Below are positions 57,501 through 64,000 of a DNA stretch of 64,000 bases, piece by piece (position 1 is the stretch's first letter; each line of letters starts with the position of its first letter). The stretch comes from an uncultured Bacillota bacterium. GTDB taxonomy: Bacteria > Bacillota > Clostridia > Christensenellales > Borkfalkiaceae. Position numbers and translations under genes: made by a program. The stretch spans positions 7,908-71,907 of the forward strand of contig CASFTB010000006.1 in NCBI GenBank assembly GCA_949297575.1, in the 5' to 3' direction. The notes under the pieces were generated by a model that was given only the letters and a program-made list of their open reading frames with translations, was not told the origin of the DNA and ran no database searches.

Positions 57501-60213
57501 GCTGCGCCGCGCCGCGGTCGACAAACTCGCCCCCGAAGACGAGCTCAAATATATAGGCATCGTCGCGCAGATTTATGAGGACCTCAGCCTCGCGCGCGCA
57601 AACACGGCGCTCTCGCAGAATTATACAGACCGCGGCGGCAGGATCAATTTCCGCAGGCGGGAGGAGTTTTTCGAGCCGCTGAAGCGTATGCACGCCCTCG
57701 CGGAGGGAGTGTTCATGGATTACAATGCGGACAGCTTCAACAGCATGTGCGTCAAATCGGTGACGGGAGATTTCGCCTACCCGATCCTAGACGGGCTGCG
57801 CCGCTGTGTCGTGGGGTTTGAAAACGCCCTCGATGCCTTCTGCGGCGTGATCAACGCTGAGCCCGAAAAATATTACGACGAGGATATTCTCGACTATTTC
57901 GGGCAGAAGGCCGGGGCGCTCATCGACAACATCGATATGCTCGCCGCCTGGTGCATGTTCAAAAAGATCTCCGCGCGCCTGAACGAAGAGGGACTCTCTT
58001 TCGTGACCGATTCCCTCGAATCGGGGGCTGTGACGTCCGAAAACATCCTCGATAGTTTCCGCAAAAACGTCTATCGCAATTTCATCGAGACAAACATCGG
58101 CGCCGATCCTGTGCTCTCCAAGTTTTCTGCTTCCGTCCTGGAGGAGAAGATCGAGCAGTTCCGCGTCCTCGACGAACAGTTTATAAAACTTTCTCGCGAA
58201 CACGTCCGCGCGAAGCTCATCTCACGGCTTCCCACGACTTCGACGGAGGGCAGCCTCAGCCTGGAAGTGCTGGCTTTTCAGCGCATCGCCAAGAGCAACA
58301 TGCGCGGCATGACGCTTAAAGAGTTGTTCGCGGAGATCCCCGAACTGTTTCCGCGCATCGCGCCCTGCGTGCTTATGAGCCCCATCACGGTCGCGCAGTA
58401 CCTTCGCGCCGAACCGGACCTCTTCGACCTCGTCGTCTTTGACGAGGCGTCGCAGCTTCCGACCAGCGAAGCGGTGGGCGCGCTCGCCCGCGCGAAGAGC
58501 GCCGTCATCGTCGGCGATCCCAAACAGCTGCCGCCGACATCCTTCTTCACTTCCGGGTATGTGGATGAAGAGAACCTCGATGCGGAGGATCTGGAGAGTA
58601 TCCTCGACGATTGCCTCGCCCTCGGCGTCCCCGAGCGGCACCTCAACTGGCATTACCGCAGCAAGCACGAGAGCCTTATCGCCTTCTCAAACATCATGTA
58701 TTACGGGGGCAAACTGTGCACCTTCCCTTCGCCCGATGCGCTGGAAAGCAAAGTGCGCCTCGCCCTCGTGGACGGCATCTATGACCGCGGCTTCACTAAG
58801 AGGAACAAGGGCGAAGCGGAAGCGCTGGTCGCCGAAGTGGTGCGGCGGCTCAAAGACCCCGTGCTTTCCCGTTCGAGTATTGGCATCGTCACGTTCAGCA
58901 CGGCGCAGCAGGATTACATCGAACGCCGCCTCACGGATGCGCTTGTCAAAAATCAGCTGGAAGATGCCGCGTATGAGAGGGAGGAGCCGATCTTTATCAA
59001 GAATCTCGAAAACGTGCAGGGCGACGAACGAGACGTCATTCTCTTTTCTGTGTGCTACGGCCCCGACCGATCCGGGCGCGTTTCGCTCAACTTCGGCCCG
59101 CTCAATCAGGCGGGCGGCTGGCGCCGGCTCAATGTCGCCGTTTCCCGCGCGCGCGAGGAGATGGTCGTGTTTTCTTCGATGACGTCGGCAATGATCAACC
59201 TCGCCAAGACGAACAGCAAGGGTGTCGCCGGGCTCAAGGCATTCCTCGAATTTGCAGAGAAGGGGAAGACCTCCCTCGCCATCAGTTCGGACGAGCTTAA
59301 AAAGGTACAGGGCGGCATAGGGAAATACATCGCCCGCGAACTCAAAACGTACGGTTACGAGTGCCGCTACGATGTCGGCGTCTCCGATTTCAGGATCGAC
59401 TGTGCCGTCATCGACCCCAAAAACAAAAAGCGCTTTATCCTGGCCATCCTCTGCGACGGTACGACGGCCTCCCGCTCGAGCGCAAAGGACCGCAATATTT
59501 TGCAGGTACAGACGCTCAAGCTCAACAACTGGAACGTCGCCCGCATCTTTACGATCAACTTCATCAATAACCCCAAGAGGGAGATCAAAAAGATCAAAGA
59601 TATCCTCGACCGCCTCACCGGTGCGGAAAAGGCGGGCAGGGATTTCCTGTCAAAATACCGCAAGAACTATCGCTATGCGAAGCTCGAACAGCTGCAAAAT
59701 CTCTCCGTATATGTGACGTGCGGAGAAAATGACGGCGAGATCGCGTCACGCCTCAGGGCGATCGCCGCCGCAGAGGAGCCGTTCAGCGAAAAATTCCTCA
59801 TGAAGCGGTGCCTCTCTTCCCTGGGTATCCAGAAGTACGGACAGAAGGTGGAAGAGCGGCTGCAGATGCTGATCGGGCTTTGCGGGCTGAAGAGCGAGGA
59901 GCTGTGCGGCAAGACCTATCTCCGCAAGACGGATAAATGCCTCGATTGCGACTTCTACCGCGTAGAGGCGGGCGAACCGATCCGCCGTTCGGAGGACGAT
60001 TTTACGCCCTACGAGATCATCGCCCTCATCAAGGGCCTGTTGGAAAATAAAGTCAGCCTGTATGAGGATGAGCTCGTCCGCTCGGTCTGCGCCGAATTAA
60101 AGGTGGCGCGCCCCGGAGACAAACTCATCGAATTTATCGGTGAATGCGTGTCCCTCGGCGTCGAGCGCTCCGTCTTCCTGCGCTCGGTCAGTGACCGCAT
60201 CAGTCTGTGCTGA
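54544..60213 (+). CDS. Giant (1,889 aa) DUF4011-type Upf1-like SF1 helicase with an N-terminal transglutaminase-like module, a C-terminal Vsr/DUF559-like (MTES_1575-type) fold and a DUF3320-like region
   Basis: ATG 54544 lies 5 nt after GGAGG. The longest ORF begins at 54484 without an SD. Motifs: LLDLSLKNSLLNFR, GPPGTGKSQ (56584-56610), DEASQ (58441-58455), GDPKQLPPT, HYRSKHESLIAFSN, QGDERDVILFS and LNVAVSRAREEM. Also FRIDCAVIDP...LAILCDG (59353-59460). Confidence 0.9.
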   Translation: MAGKKSAKAALRESISLNVKAQPFYGYADHYNRVPLFVALQLSNAGAEAAEDIDVVIENGDGFLLPFSKHLDDVPFESTVEIAASGIVSPLYLTELSAVAVVTVQVRALHGKDVLAEAACDVTVLPFDYWSGRGGNAELLSCFVRPKVADCVRVLTDAQAQLKKWEIACEWQGYAEGDKNKIRRIAAAIFAAIKRQSVEKSAAEFNYDDPMPVGDVTKILKNRVGTSFELALFVASCFECAGLHPVLAVGEKAVSCGVWLYENCFSDCSGDDTVLLQNYISDGINNISMFDIEDLFAGKNVNYTVAEKHFAQKLENGWFDTVVDVKRCRLARIGPLPLKVKGIGGYELLGERDTDINAAPEEISGARKLSLDGKATKNKQWERRLLDLSLKNSLLNFRPDKNVLHILSSDINATYENISSGEEFTLLEKTTDVRGVLPVSGYFPAPSSLSVLSELLSLELKNRRLRTWSDREEIADVLRFLQKKAKTAEEEAGANVLFLAFGFLKWYESGGNEPKYAPLVLLPVHISRSKGGKGWSVSLSGEEMQFNTTLLEFLLREFKIDIRGLDNIGSGIRISEIMAMVKMEVLNMKGWEVFDEVYLANFSFARFAMWNDVRKNIDKFRKNPLVRSLLENRLVLTDNVMEDKPEDDYAPDEILTPLMADGSQFEAVAEAVSGATFVLHGPPGTGKSQTITNIIANSLNRGKRVLFVAEKQAALSVVKKRLDSVGLGDFCLELHGKIDKAQLLKKMETTLSLAAVQEDPDFSAKSEQIAEVRKALNEPVIALHKKRRLGVSVYEGILIYLKNRNAPDVLDIESTFYDRLTKEKLESYENMLIEVSAAAKQCGGVHRSPFDNVNISEYNADLRNRVYYSAEVLLTEIKHLRGYLSLFLDFYRQRVSSFTQKKLKALVQLVDLLRGGELDSYFRSDENEFYVFFNANRRLDRLLGTYFKNFKVLIDLDADPAVVEQELDNWGENYKSSRVLSAIAKRLRRAAVDKLAPEDELKYIGIVAQIYEDLSLARANTALSQNYTDRGGRINFRRREEFFEPLKRMHALAEGVFMDYNADSFNSMCVKSVTGDFAYPILDGLRRCVVGFENALDAFCGVINAEPEKYYDEDILDYFGQKAGALIDNIDMLAAWCMFKKISARLNEEGLSFVTDSLESGAVTSENILDSFRKNVYRNFIETNIGADPVLSKFSASVLEEKIEQFRVLDEQFIKLSREHVRAKLISRLPTTSTEGSLSLEVLAFQRIAKSNMRGMTLKELFAEIPELFPRIAPCVLMSPITVAQYLRAEPDLFDLVVFDEASQLPTSEAVGALARAKSAVIVGDPKQLPPTSFFTSGYVDEENLDAEDLESILDDCLALGVPERHLNWHYRSKHESLIAFSNIMYYGGKLCTFPSPDALESKVRLALVDGIYDRGFTKRNKGEAEALVAEVVRRLKDPVLSRSSIGIVTFSTAQQDYIERRLTDALVKNQLEDAAYEREEPIFIKNLENVQGDERDVILFSVCYGPDRSGRVSLNFGPLNQAGGWRRLNVAVSRAREEMVVFSSMTSAMINLAKTNSKGVAGLKAFLEFAEKGKTSLAISSDELKKVQGGIGKYIARELKTYGYECRYDVGVSDFRIDCAVIDPKNKKRFILAILCDGTTASRSSAKDRNILQVQTLKLNNWNVARIFTINFINNPKREIKKIKDILDRLTGAEKAGRDFLSKYRKNYRYAKLEQLQNLSVYVTCGENDGEIASRLRAIAAAEEPFSEKFLMKRCLSSLGIQKYGQKVEERLQMLIGLCGLKSEELCGKTYLRKTDKCLDCDFYRVEAGEPIRRSEDDFTPYEIIALIKGLLENKVSLYEDELVRSVCAELKVARPGDKLIEFIGECVSLGVERSVFLRSVSDRISLC

Positions 60214-60214
60214 C

Positions 60215-60547
60215 ATGAAGCGCGCAGCGGTCGGCATAGCGCTCTGCGCGGCCCTTCTGGCAGCCTTTGCCGCGGCAGCTCTGCTGCCCGCGGCAGGTGC
60301 GCCGCGGATGGAGCCGCTTTGGAGCGGAGTGTCCGAGGAGGTGGAGTACGGCGGAGAGGTGGATGTCCTGGTTCAAGGCGCAGTCGCTTTTCCGGGCAGA
60401 TACACAGTGCCGTATAACTGTACGTACGGCGAACTCTTCGCCCTCGCGGGGGCGGAGTGTGCGGCGGGATACGATCCGGATGAGCCCCTTCGCTTTGAAG
60501 ATGCGGTGCTTTCCGGCGGCAGACTGATCGTGTACATCGTGGTGTGA
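60215..60547 (+). CDS. ComEA-like SLBB-domain protein lacking the helix-hairpin-helix DNA-binding region
   Basis: 110 aa. Signal/anchor MKRAAVGIALCAALLAAFAAAALL, and VDVLVQGAVAFPGRYTVPYNCTYGELFALAGA resembles the ComEA SLBB segment. ATG lies 1 nt after the upstream stop, with no SD. Confidence 0.55.
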   Translation: MKRAAVGIALCAALLAAFAAAALLPAAGAPRMEPLWSGVSEEVEYGGEVDVLVQGAVAFPGRYTVPYNCTYGELFALAGAECAAGYDPDEPLRFEDAVLSGGRLIVYIVV

Positions 60548-60551
60548 GGGA

Positions 60552-62732
60552 ATGATGGGAGAAAAGGGGGAAAGCCGCCTGCGGCGTTTAACGCATGCCA
60601 TCTATGCAGGGGATCGGATGGTCAATTTCCGCCCCTTCTTTTTGCTGTCTCTGGGTTTCGGCCTGGGGATCTTTTGTTGCTTTTTCCTCGGCATCGGCGC
60701 GCTGTGGCTGGATCTTCTCCTGTTGCCCGTGGCCGCTTGCACGCTGCTTTTCCTGAAACGGAAGTGCGCCGCGGCCCTGCTCTTTGCCTGTCTCGTCTTT
60801 GCCCTCTTTACGCTCGGCACCCTCTCCTTTGCCATGCGCATCGCGGCGTTCGAGCGCGTCCCCGCCACAGAGGGCAATTGCGCCGTCCGCGGCGTCGTGG
60901 AAGAGGTGGGGCGCACGGAAGAGACGGACGTCTTTACGTTCGGCTCTTTGACCGTCGTATGTGAGAGCGGCGAGCACTTTGAAACGGACTACCGTGTGCA
61001 GGTATTTGTCTATGGCGAGACGGGCGCCGCGCCTCTCTCTGCCGGGACGGTCGCCGTCTTCGAGGCTGAGATGCAGACCTATGACGTCTGCTCGTACGGG
61101 AGGCTCAATTCCTCTGCCGTCATCGGGCGCATCCGCTACCGCGCGTTTGTAGGGGCGGAGGAGTTTTACGTCATAGAAGAGAGGGGAGAGGACATCTTTT
61201 CCGCCGTGCGCGGCCGTGTCGGAGAGGTGCTCTTTCAGAGCATGGACGAGGAGAGCGCCGCCCTCTCGTATGCCATGCTGACGGGCAACAGTGGCTTTAT
61301 GGAGGAGGAACTTCTGCAAAATTTCCGATACGGCGGCATCGCGCACATCTTTGCCGTTTCCGGCCTGCACATCGGCATCATCGCGGGGCTTCTGTACGCG
61401 CTCTGTAAAAAGCTGCGCGTCCGCCCGTACATATCGTTGCCCGTCATCGCGGCCGTCCTCATTTTTTATTCGGGCGTATGCGGCTTTTCTCCTTCGTCCC
61501 TCCGCGCCGTCGTCATGTGCCTCGTGCCCATGCTCGCGTCGGCGTTCGGAAAGAACTGCGACCGCCTCAACTCCGTCTCTGTGGCCGCGCTCGTCGTTCT
61601 CCTCATCGACCCTGTCTTTCTGTTTTCCATAGGGTTTCAGCTCTCGCTCGCGGCCGCGGCGGGCATCATCCTGCTGGGCGGGAACCTCTCGCGCCTGCTT
61701 GCCCGCGTCCGCTTTATTCCGAAAAAGATCTCTTCTGCACTCTCCGTCGCCTTTTCGGCGCAGATGTGCACATTTCCCTTCCTGATCGATGCTTTCGGGT
61801 ATACGTCTGGGCTCAGCCTTCTCCTCAACCTCCTGTTTATCCCCGTCATAAGCGCGGTGTTTTCCGTGCTGTTCGCGTTTACGGCTGCGGCGTGCGTCTT
61901 TCCCTCCGCGGCCGTGTGGCTGCTGTATCTTCCGTCCTACCTGCTGCGCATCGCGGTCTTGCCGATCACGCTCGTCGAATTCGATGTTTTGCTCATCTGC
62001 GGTTTCTCCTTCGGCGGACTTACGGCGCTCTGGCTCTTGCTCTGCTGGCTGATGACGGACAAGATCAACCTGCGTCCTGTCCTGCGCGGCTGTGCATGCG
62101 GCATCCTCTGCGGAGTTCTGACGGTCTGCATGGTCTTTTACAATCTTCCTGTCGGCTGCGATGCGGTCATGACGGTGCACAGTTACTACGGGAGCAACCT
62201 GCTCCTTCTGCGCGTGGGAGGAGAAACACATCTGATCGCGGCGGGAATGCCTGATGAAAAGCATGTAGAGACGCTCTTCTTGAAGGAGGGGATAAGATCG
62301 CTCGACGGCGTCATCGTTCTCGCCGCCCCGCGGGACATCAATACGGCGGTCCCCGTGCTGCTTTCGCATGCTTCCTTCGACACGCTCTATGTGCCCGCTT
62401 CTGCCGGTTTTCCCGATGCCTTCCAAACGGTAGACGTCGTTGCACCGCACGGTTTCTTCTATTTGGGAGAGACGCCCGCCTGCTTTACTGGGGAAAATGC
62501 GCTCTATCTCAACATTTGCGGCGCGGGAGCCGTCGTCGCGGCGGACGAACAGGCAGAGCTGCCCCGCTGCGACCTTCTCCTTGCCCCCGCACCTTCGGAT
62601 GCCTTTTCGGCCTGCGCGCCTTCCCTCTCGGTCTATTTTGAAAAAGCGGAAGGCAATTTGTCGGTATACTCCGCGGGCGACTTGCAAATCGGCTGGAAAA
62701 ATGGTATAATCTCCGTAAAGAGAGCGAGATAA
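60552..62732 (+). CDS. comEC: ComEC/Rec2 DNA internalisation channel protein (metallo-beta-lactamase-like domain without metal ligands)
   Basis: Competence domain GIAHIFAVSGLHIGIIAGLLY and many TM helices. The C-terminal domain lacks HxHxDH. An alternative in-frame start at ATG 60618 has a better SD (AGGGGA). Confidence 0.88.
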   Translation: MMGEKGESRLRRLTHAIYAGDRMVNFRPFFLLSLGFGLGIFCCFFLGIGALWLDLLLLPVAACTLLFLKRKCAAALLFACLVFALFTLGTLSFAMRIAAFERVPATEGNCAVRGVVEEVGRTEETDVFTFGSLTVVCESGEHFETDYRVQVFVYGETGAAPLSAGTVAVFEAEMQTYDVCSYGRLNSSAVIGRIRYRAFVGAEEFYVIEERGEDIFSAVRGRVGEVLFQSMDEESAALSYAMLTGNSGFMEEELLQNFRYGGIAHIFAVSGLHIGIIAGLLYALCKKLRVRPYISLPVIAAVLIFYSGVCGFSPSSLRAVVMCLVPMLASAFGKNCDRLNSVSVAALVVLLIDPVFLFSIGFQLSLAAAAGIILLGGNLSRLLARVRFIPKKISSALSVAFSAQMCTFPFLIDAFGYTSGLSLLLNLLFIPVISAVFSVLFAFTAAACVFPSAAVWLLYLPSYLLRIAVLPITLVEFDVLLICGFSFGGLTALWLLLCWLMTDKINLRPVLRGCACGILCGVLTVCMVFYNLPVGCDAVMTVHSYYGSNLLLLRVGGETHLIAAGMPDEKHVETLFLKEGIRSLDGVIVLAAPRDINTAVPVLLSHASFDTLYVPASAGFPDAFQTVDVVAPHGFFYLGETPACFTGENALYLNICGAGAVVAADEQAELPRCDLLLAPAPSDAFSACAPSLSVYFEKAEGNLSVYSAGDLQIGWKNGIISVKRAR
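62682..62710 (+). promoter_or_regulatory. Consensus promoter embedded in the 3' end of comEC, upstream of holA
   Basis: TTGCAA (62682-62687), 17 bp ending in TGg, TATAAT (62705-62710), 42 nt upstream of the holA ATG. Confidence 0.55.
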
Positions 62733-62751
62733 TAGTAGCGGGAAGTTCGTT

Positions 62752-63756
62752 ATGAAATTTGTCTTATTCAAGAAGAGTTTGGAAGAGGGGGCGTCGCCCA
62801 TCTATCTTTTCGAAGGGGAGGAAGAATATTTCAAAGAACGCGGGGAGGAAATGCTCAAAGAGAGGTTTCTCGGCGAGCCGTCCCTCAATTACTCCGTGTT
62901 CCGCGGGGAGCAGCTCAAGGGCGCGGCGATGACGGCGCTCACGGCCGCGGCGCAGAGCTTTCCCTTCCTCAGCGAAAAGCGCATCGTAAAGGTCACGGAT
63001 TTTTACCCGACGGAAAAGGAGTTCGATGCCTATCTTCGGGGGTATTTTGAAGACCCGCCCCGCGAGACCATCCTCCTCATCGTCAATTCCGCTCCGCAGA
63101 AGGGCAGGGGAGCCGACCTGAAAAAGGCGCCCAACGTCGTCTTTGTAGATTGCGGCAGGGCGGATGAAGACACTGTTCTCCGCTGGATCTATACCCGATT
63201 CAAGCGGGAAGGGATCGCGGCGGATACCGAGTGCTGCGAGCGCATCATGCGCTATTGCCTGGGCGATATGTCGCGTATTGCGGGAGAGACGGAAAAGCTG
63301 ATCGCCTTTGCGGACAAGGGCGGCCGTATCTCGGCTGCGGACGTAGACGACGTCGTATACAGGGATTACGACTATAAGCTCTACGAGATGACGGGCGCCT
63401 TCGGATCGCACAATTACGGAAAATTTGTCTCTGTACAGCGCGAATTGATGGAACGCGGCGCAGACGAGGGTGCCGTCCTCAACGCCCTCTGCTCTTATTT
63501 CCGCGGCATGCTCGACATCTGCCTCTTGTCGAAGGGGGATGCGGACACCGCGCGTGCCCTCGGCATGAAGGAATATGCGGTGAAGATGAGCAGGCGCCAG
63601 GCAAGATCCATCGGCGCGCAGCGCGTGCGGGATTGCTGGGAGTATGTCTACACCGCCGTCAATTCCGTTAAATCGGGCGGGATCTCTTCGGCGGCGGCCT
63701 TGCTGAAGGTGAACGCGCAATTATTTTTTGGCGGGGCGGCAAATGTCGCCGAATAG
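62752..63756 (+). CDS. holA: DNA polymerase III delta subunit
   Basis: 334 aa. The N-terminal pattern PIYLFEGEEEYFKE..., overall collinearity with HolA and the conserved comEC-holA linkage support the call. Confidence 0.85.
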   Translation: MKFVLFKKSLEEGASPIYLFEGEEEYFKERGEEMLKERFLGEPSLNYSVFRGEQLKGAAMTALTAAAQSFPFLSEKRIVKVTDFYPTEKEFDAYLRGYFEDPPRETILLIVNSAPQKGRGADLKKAPNVVFVDCGRADEDTVLRWIYTRFKREGIAADTECCERIMRYCLGDMSRIAGETEKLIAFADKGGRISAADVDDVVYRDYDYKLYEMTGAFGSHNYGKFVSVQRELMERGADEGAVLNALCSYFRGMLDICLLSKGDADTARALGMKEYAVKMSRRQARSIGAQRVRDCWEYVYTAVNSVKSGGISSAAALLKVNAQLFFGGAANVAE

Positions 63757-63910
63757 TAGCTAAAATGCTTTTCTTTTTTTGTCATTTCATGTAAAATAGT
63801 TAAGATACGTATCGGCGGTCGTGCCGCACCGGTCCCGCGGGCGAGCGGGGCGCGGGCGCTGTGCGGCTTGCGGACGGGTCGATGCAAAGGAGAAGAGGCG
63901 GAGTTATTTT

Positions 63911-64000
63911 ATGAAGGATTTCTTTTCGAACGTGGCGAAGGCTTTCGCGGGCTTCAACGCCGTCGATGCGCTGATCATTATCTTGTTTGCGCTCGTCTTC
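63911..64000 (+). CDS. 5' end of a membrane protein (CvpA- or CdaA-like N-terminus), cut by the window edge
   Basis: MKDFFSNVAKAFAGFNAVDALIIILFALVF is hydrophobic. There is an SD-like GGCGGAG 8 nt upstream. Only 30 codons are visible. Confidence 0.3.
   Translation, partial: MKDFFSNVAKAFAGFNAVDALIIILFALVF

Noticed and set aside
60588-62801. 737-aa minus-strand ORF. Similar long antisense or out-of-frame ORFs occur elsewhere, for example 55948-57693, 46924-48444, 31544-33106, 9397-10830 and 25051-26370.
   Set aside because: Each is antisense to a confidently identified gene (comEC, the giant helicase, guaB, rny, murD, rimO). They are compositional artefacts of GC-rich coding DNA.

Overview
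High-GC Firmicutes/Clostridia-type core chromosome, almost entirely coding and mostly on the + strand. I found no rRNA, tRNA, CRISPR array, IS element or prophage. The window holds, in order: the 3' end of a PflA-like activase, a TrxR-like flavoprotein and rpsT. Then murI and a dcw cluster (mraZ-rsmH-ftsL-PBP-murE-mraY-murD-ftsW-murA-ftsQ-ftsA-ftsZ), antisense spoVG, murC, a DUF815 ATPase and ilvC. Then ftsK-rimO-pgsA-cinA-recA-nadE, rny, and the full spoIIIAA-AH operon. Then asp23-nusB-folD-ispA-tlyA, lepA, an MGMT-like gene and hemW, followed by two hypothetical genes. Then guaB, guaA plus a stand-alone GMP-synthase ATP-PPase paralogue, and helD plus a HAD nucleotidase. Then a 1,889-aa DUF4011-type SF1 helicase gene. 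Last come a comEA-like gene, comEC, holA and a truncated membrane-protein gene. Many transcription units have near-consensus sigma-A promoters (TTGNNN, 17 bp, TATAAT) and clear intrinsic terminators. The best candidate for something undescribed is the giant helicase at 54544-60213. Its helicase motifs are intact, but its transglutaminase-like and Vsr/DUF559-like modules look decayed. It has its own promoter and sits 1 nt from a competence module that itself looks stripped (ComEA without HhH, ComEC without metal ligands). Other points: an FtsA with degenerate ATP-binding loops, three phased MraZ boxes over the mraZ promoter, and a TrxR lacking its NADPH motif. Also a PBP whose membrane anchor needs a non-canonical start, and low-complexity expansions in FtsZ, FtsK, FtsL and S20. 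All family calls come from motif recognition by eye; no searches were run.
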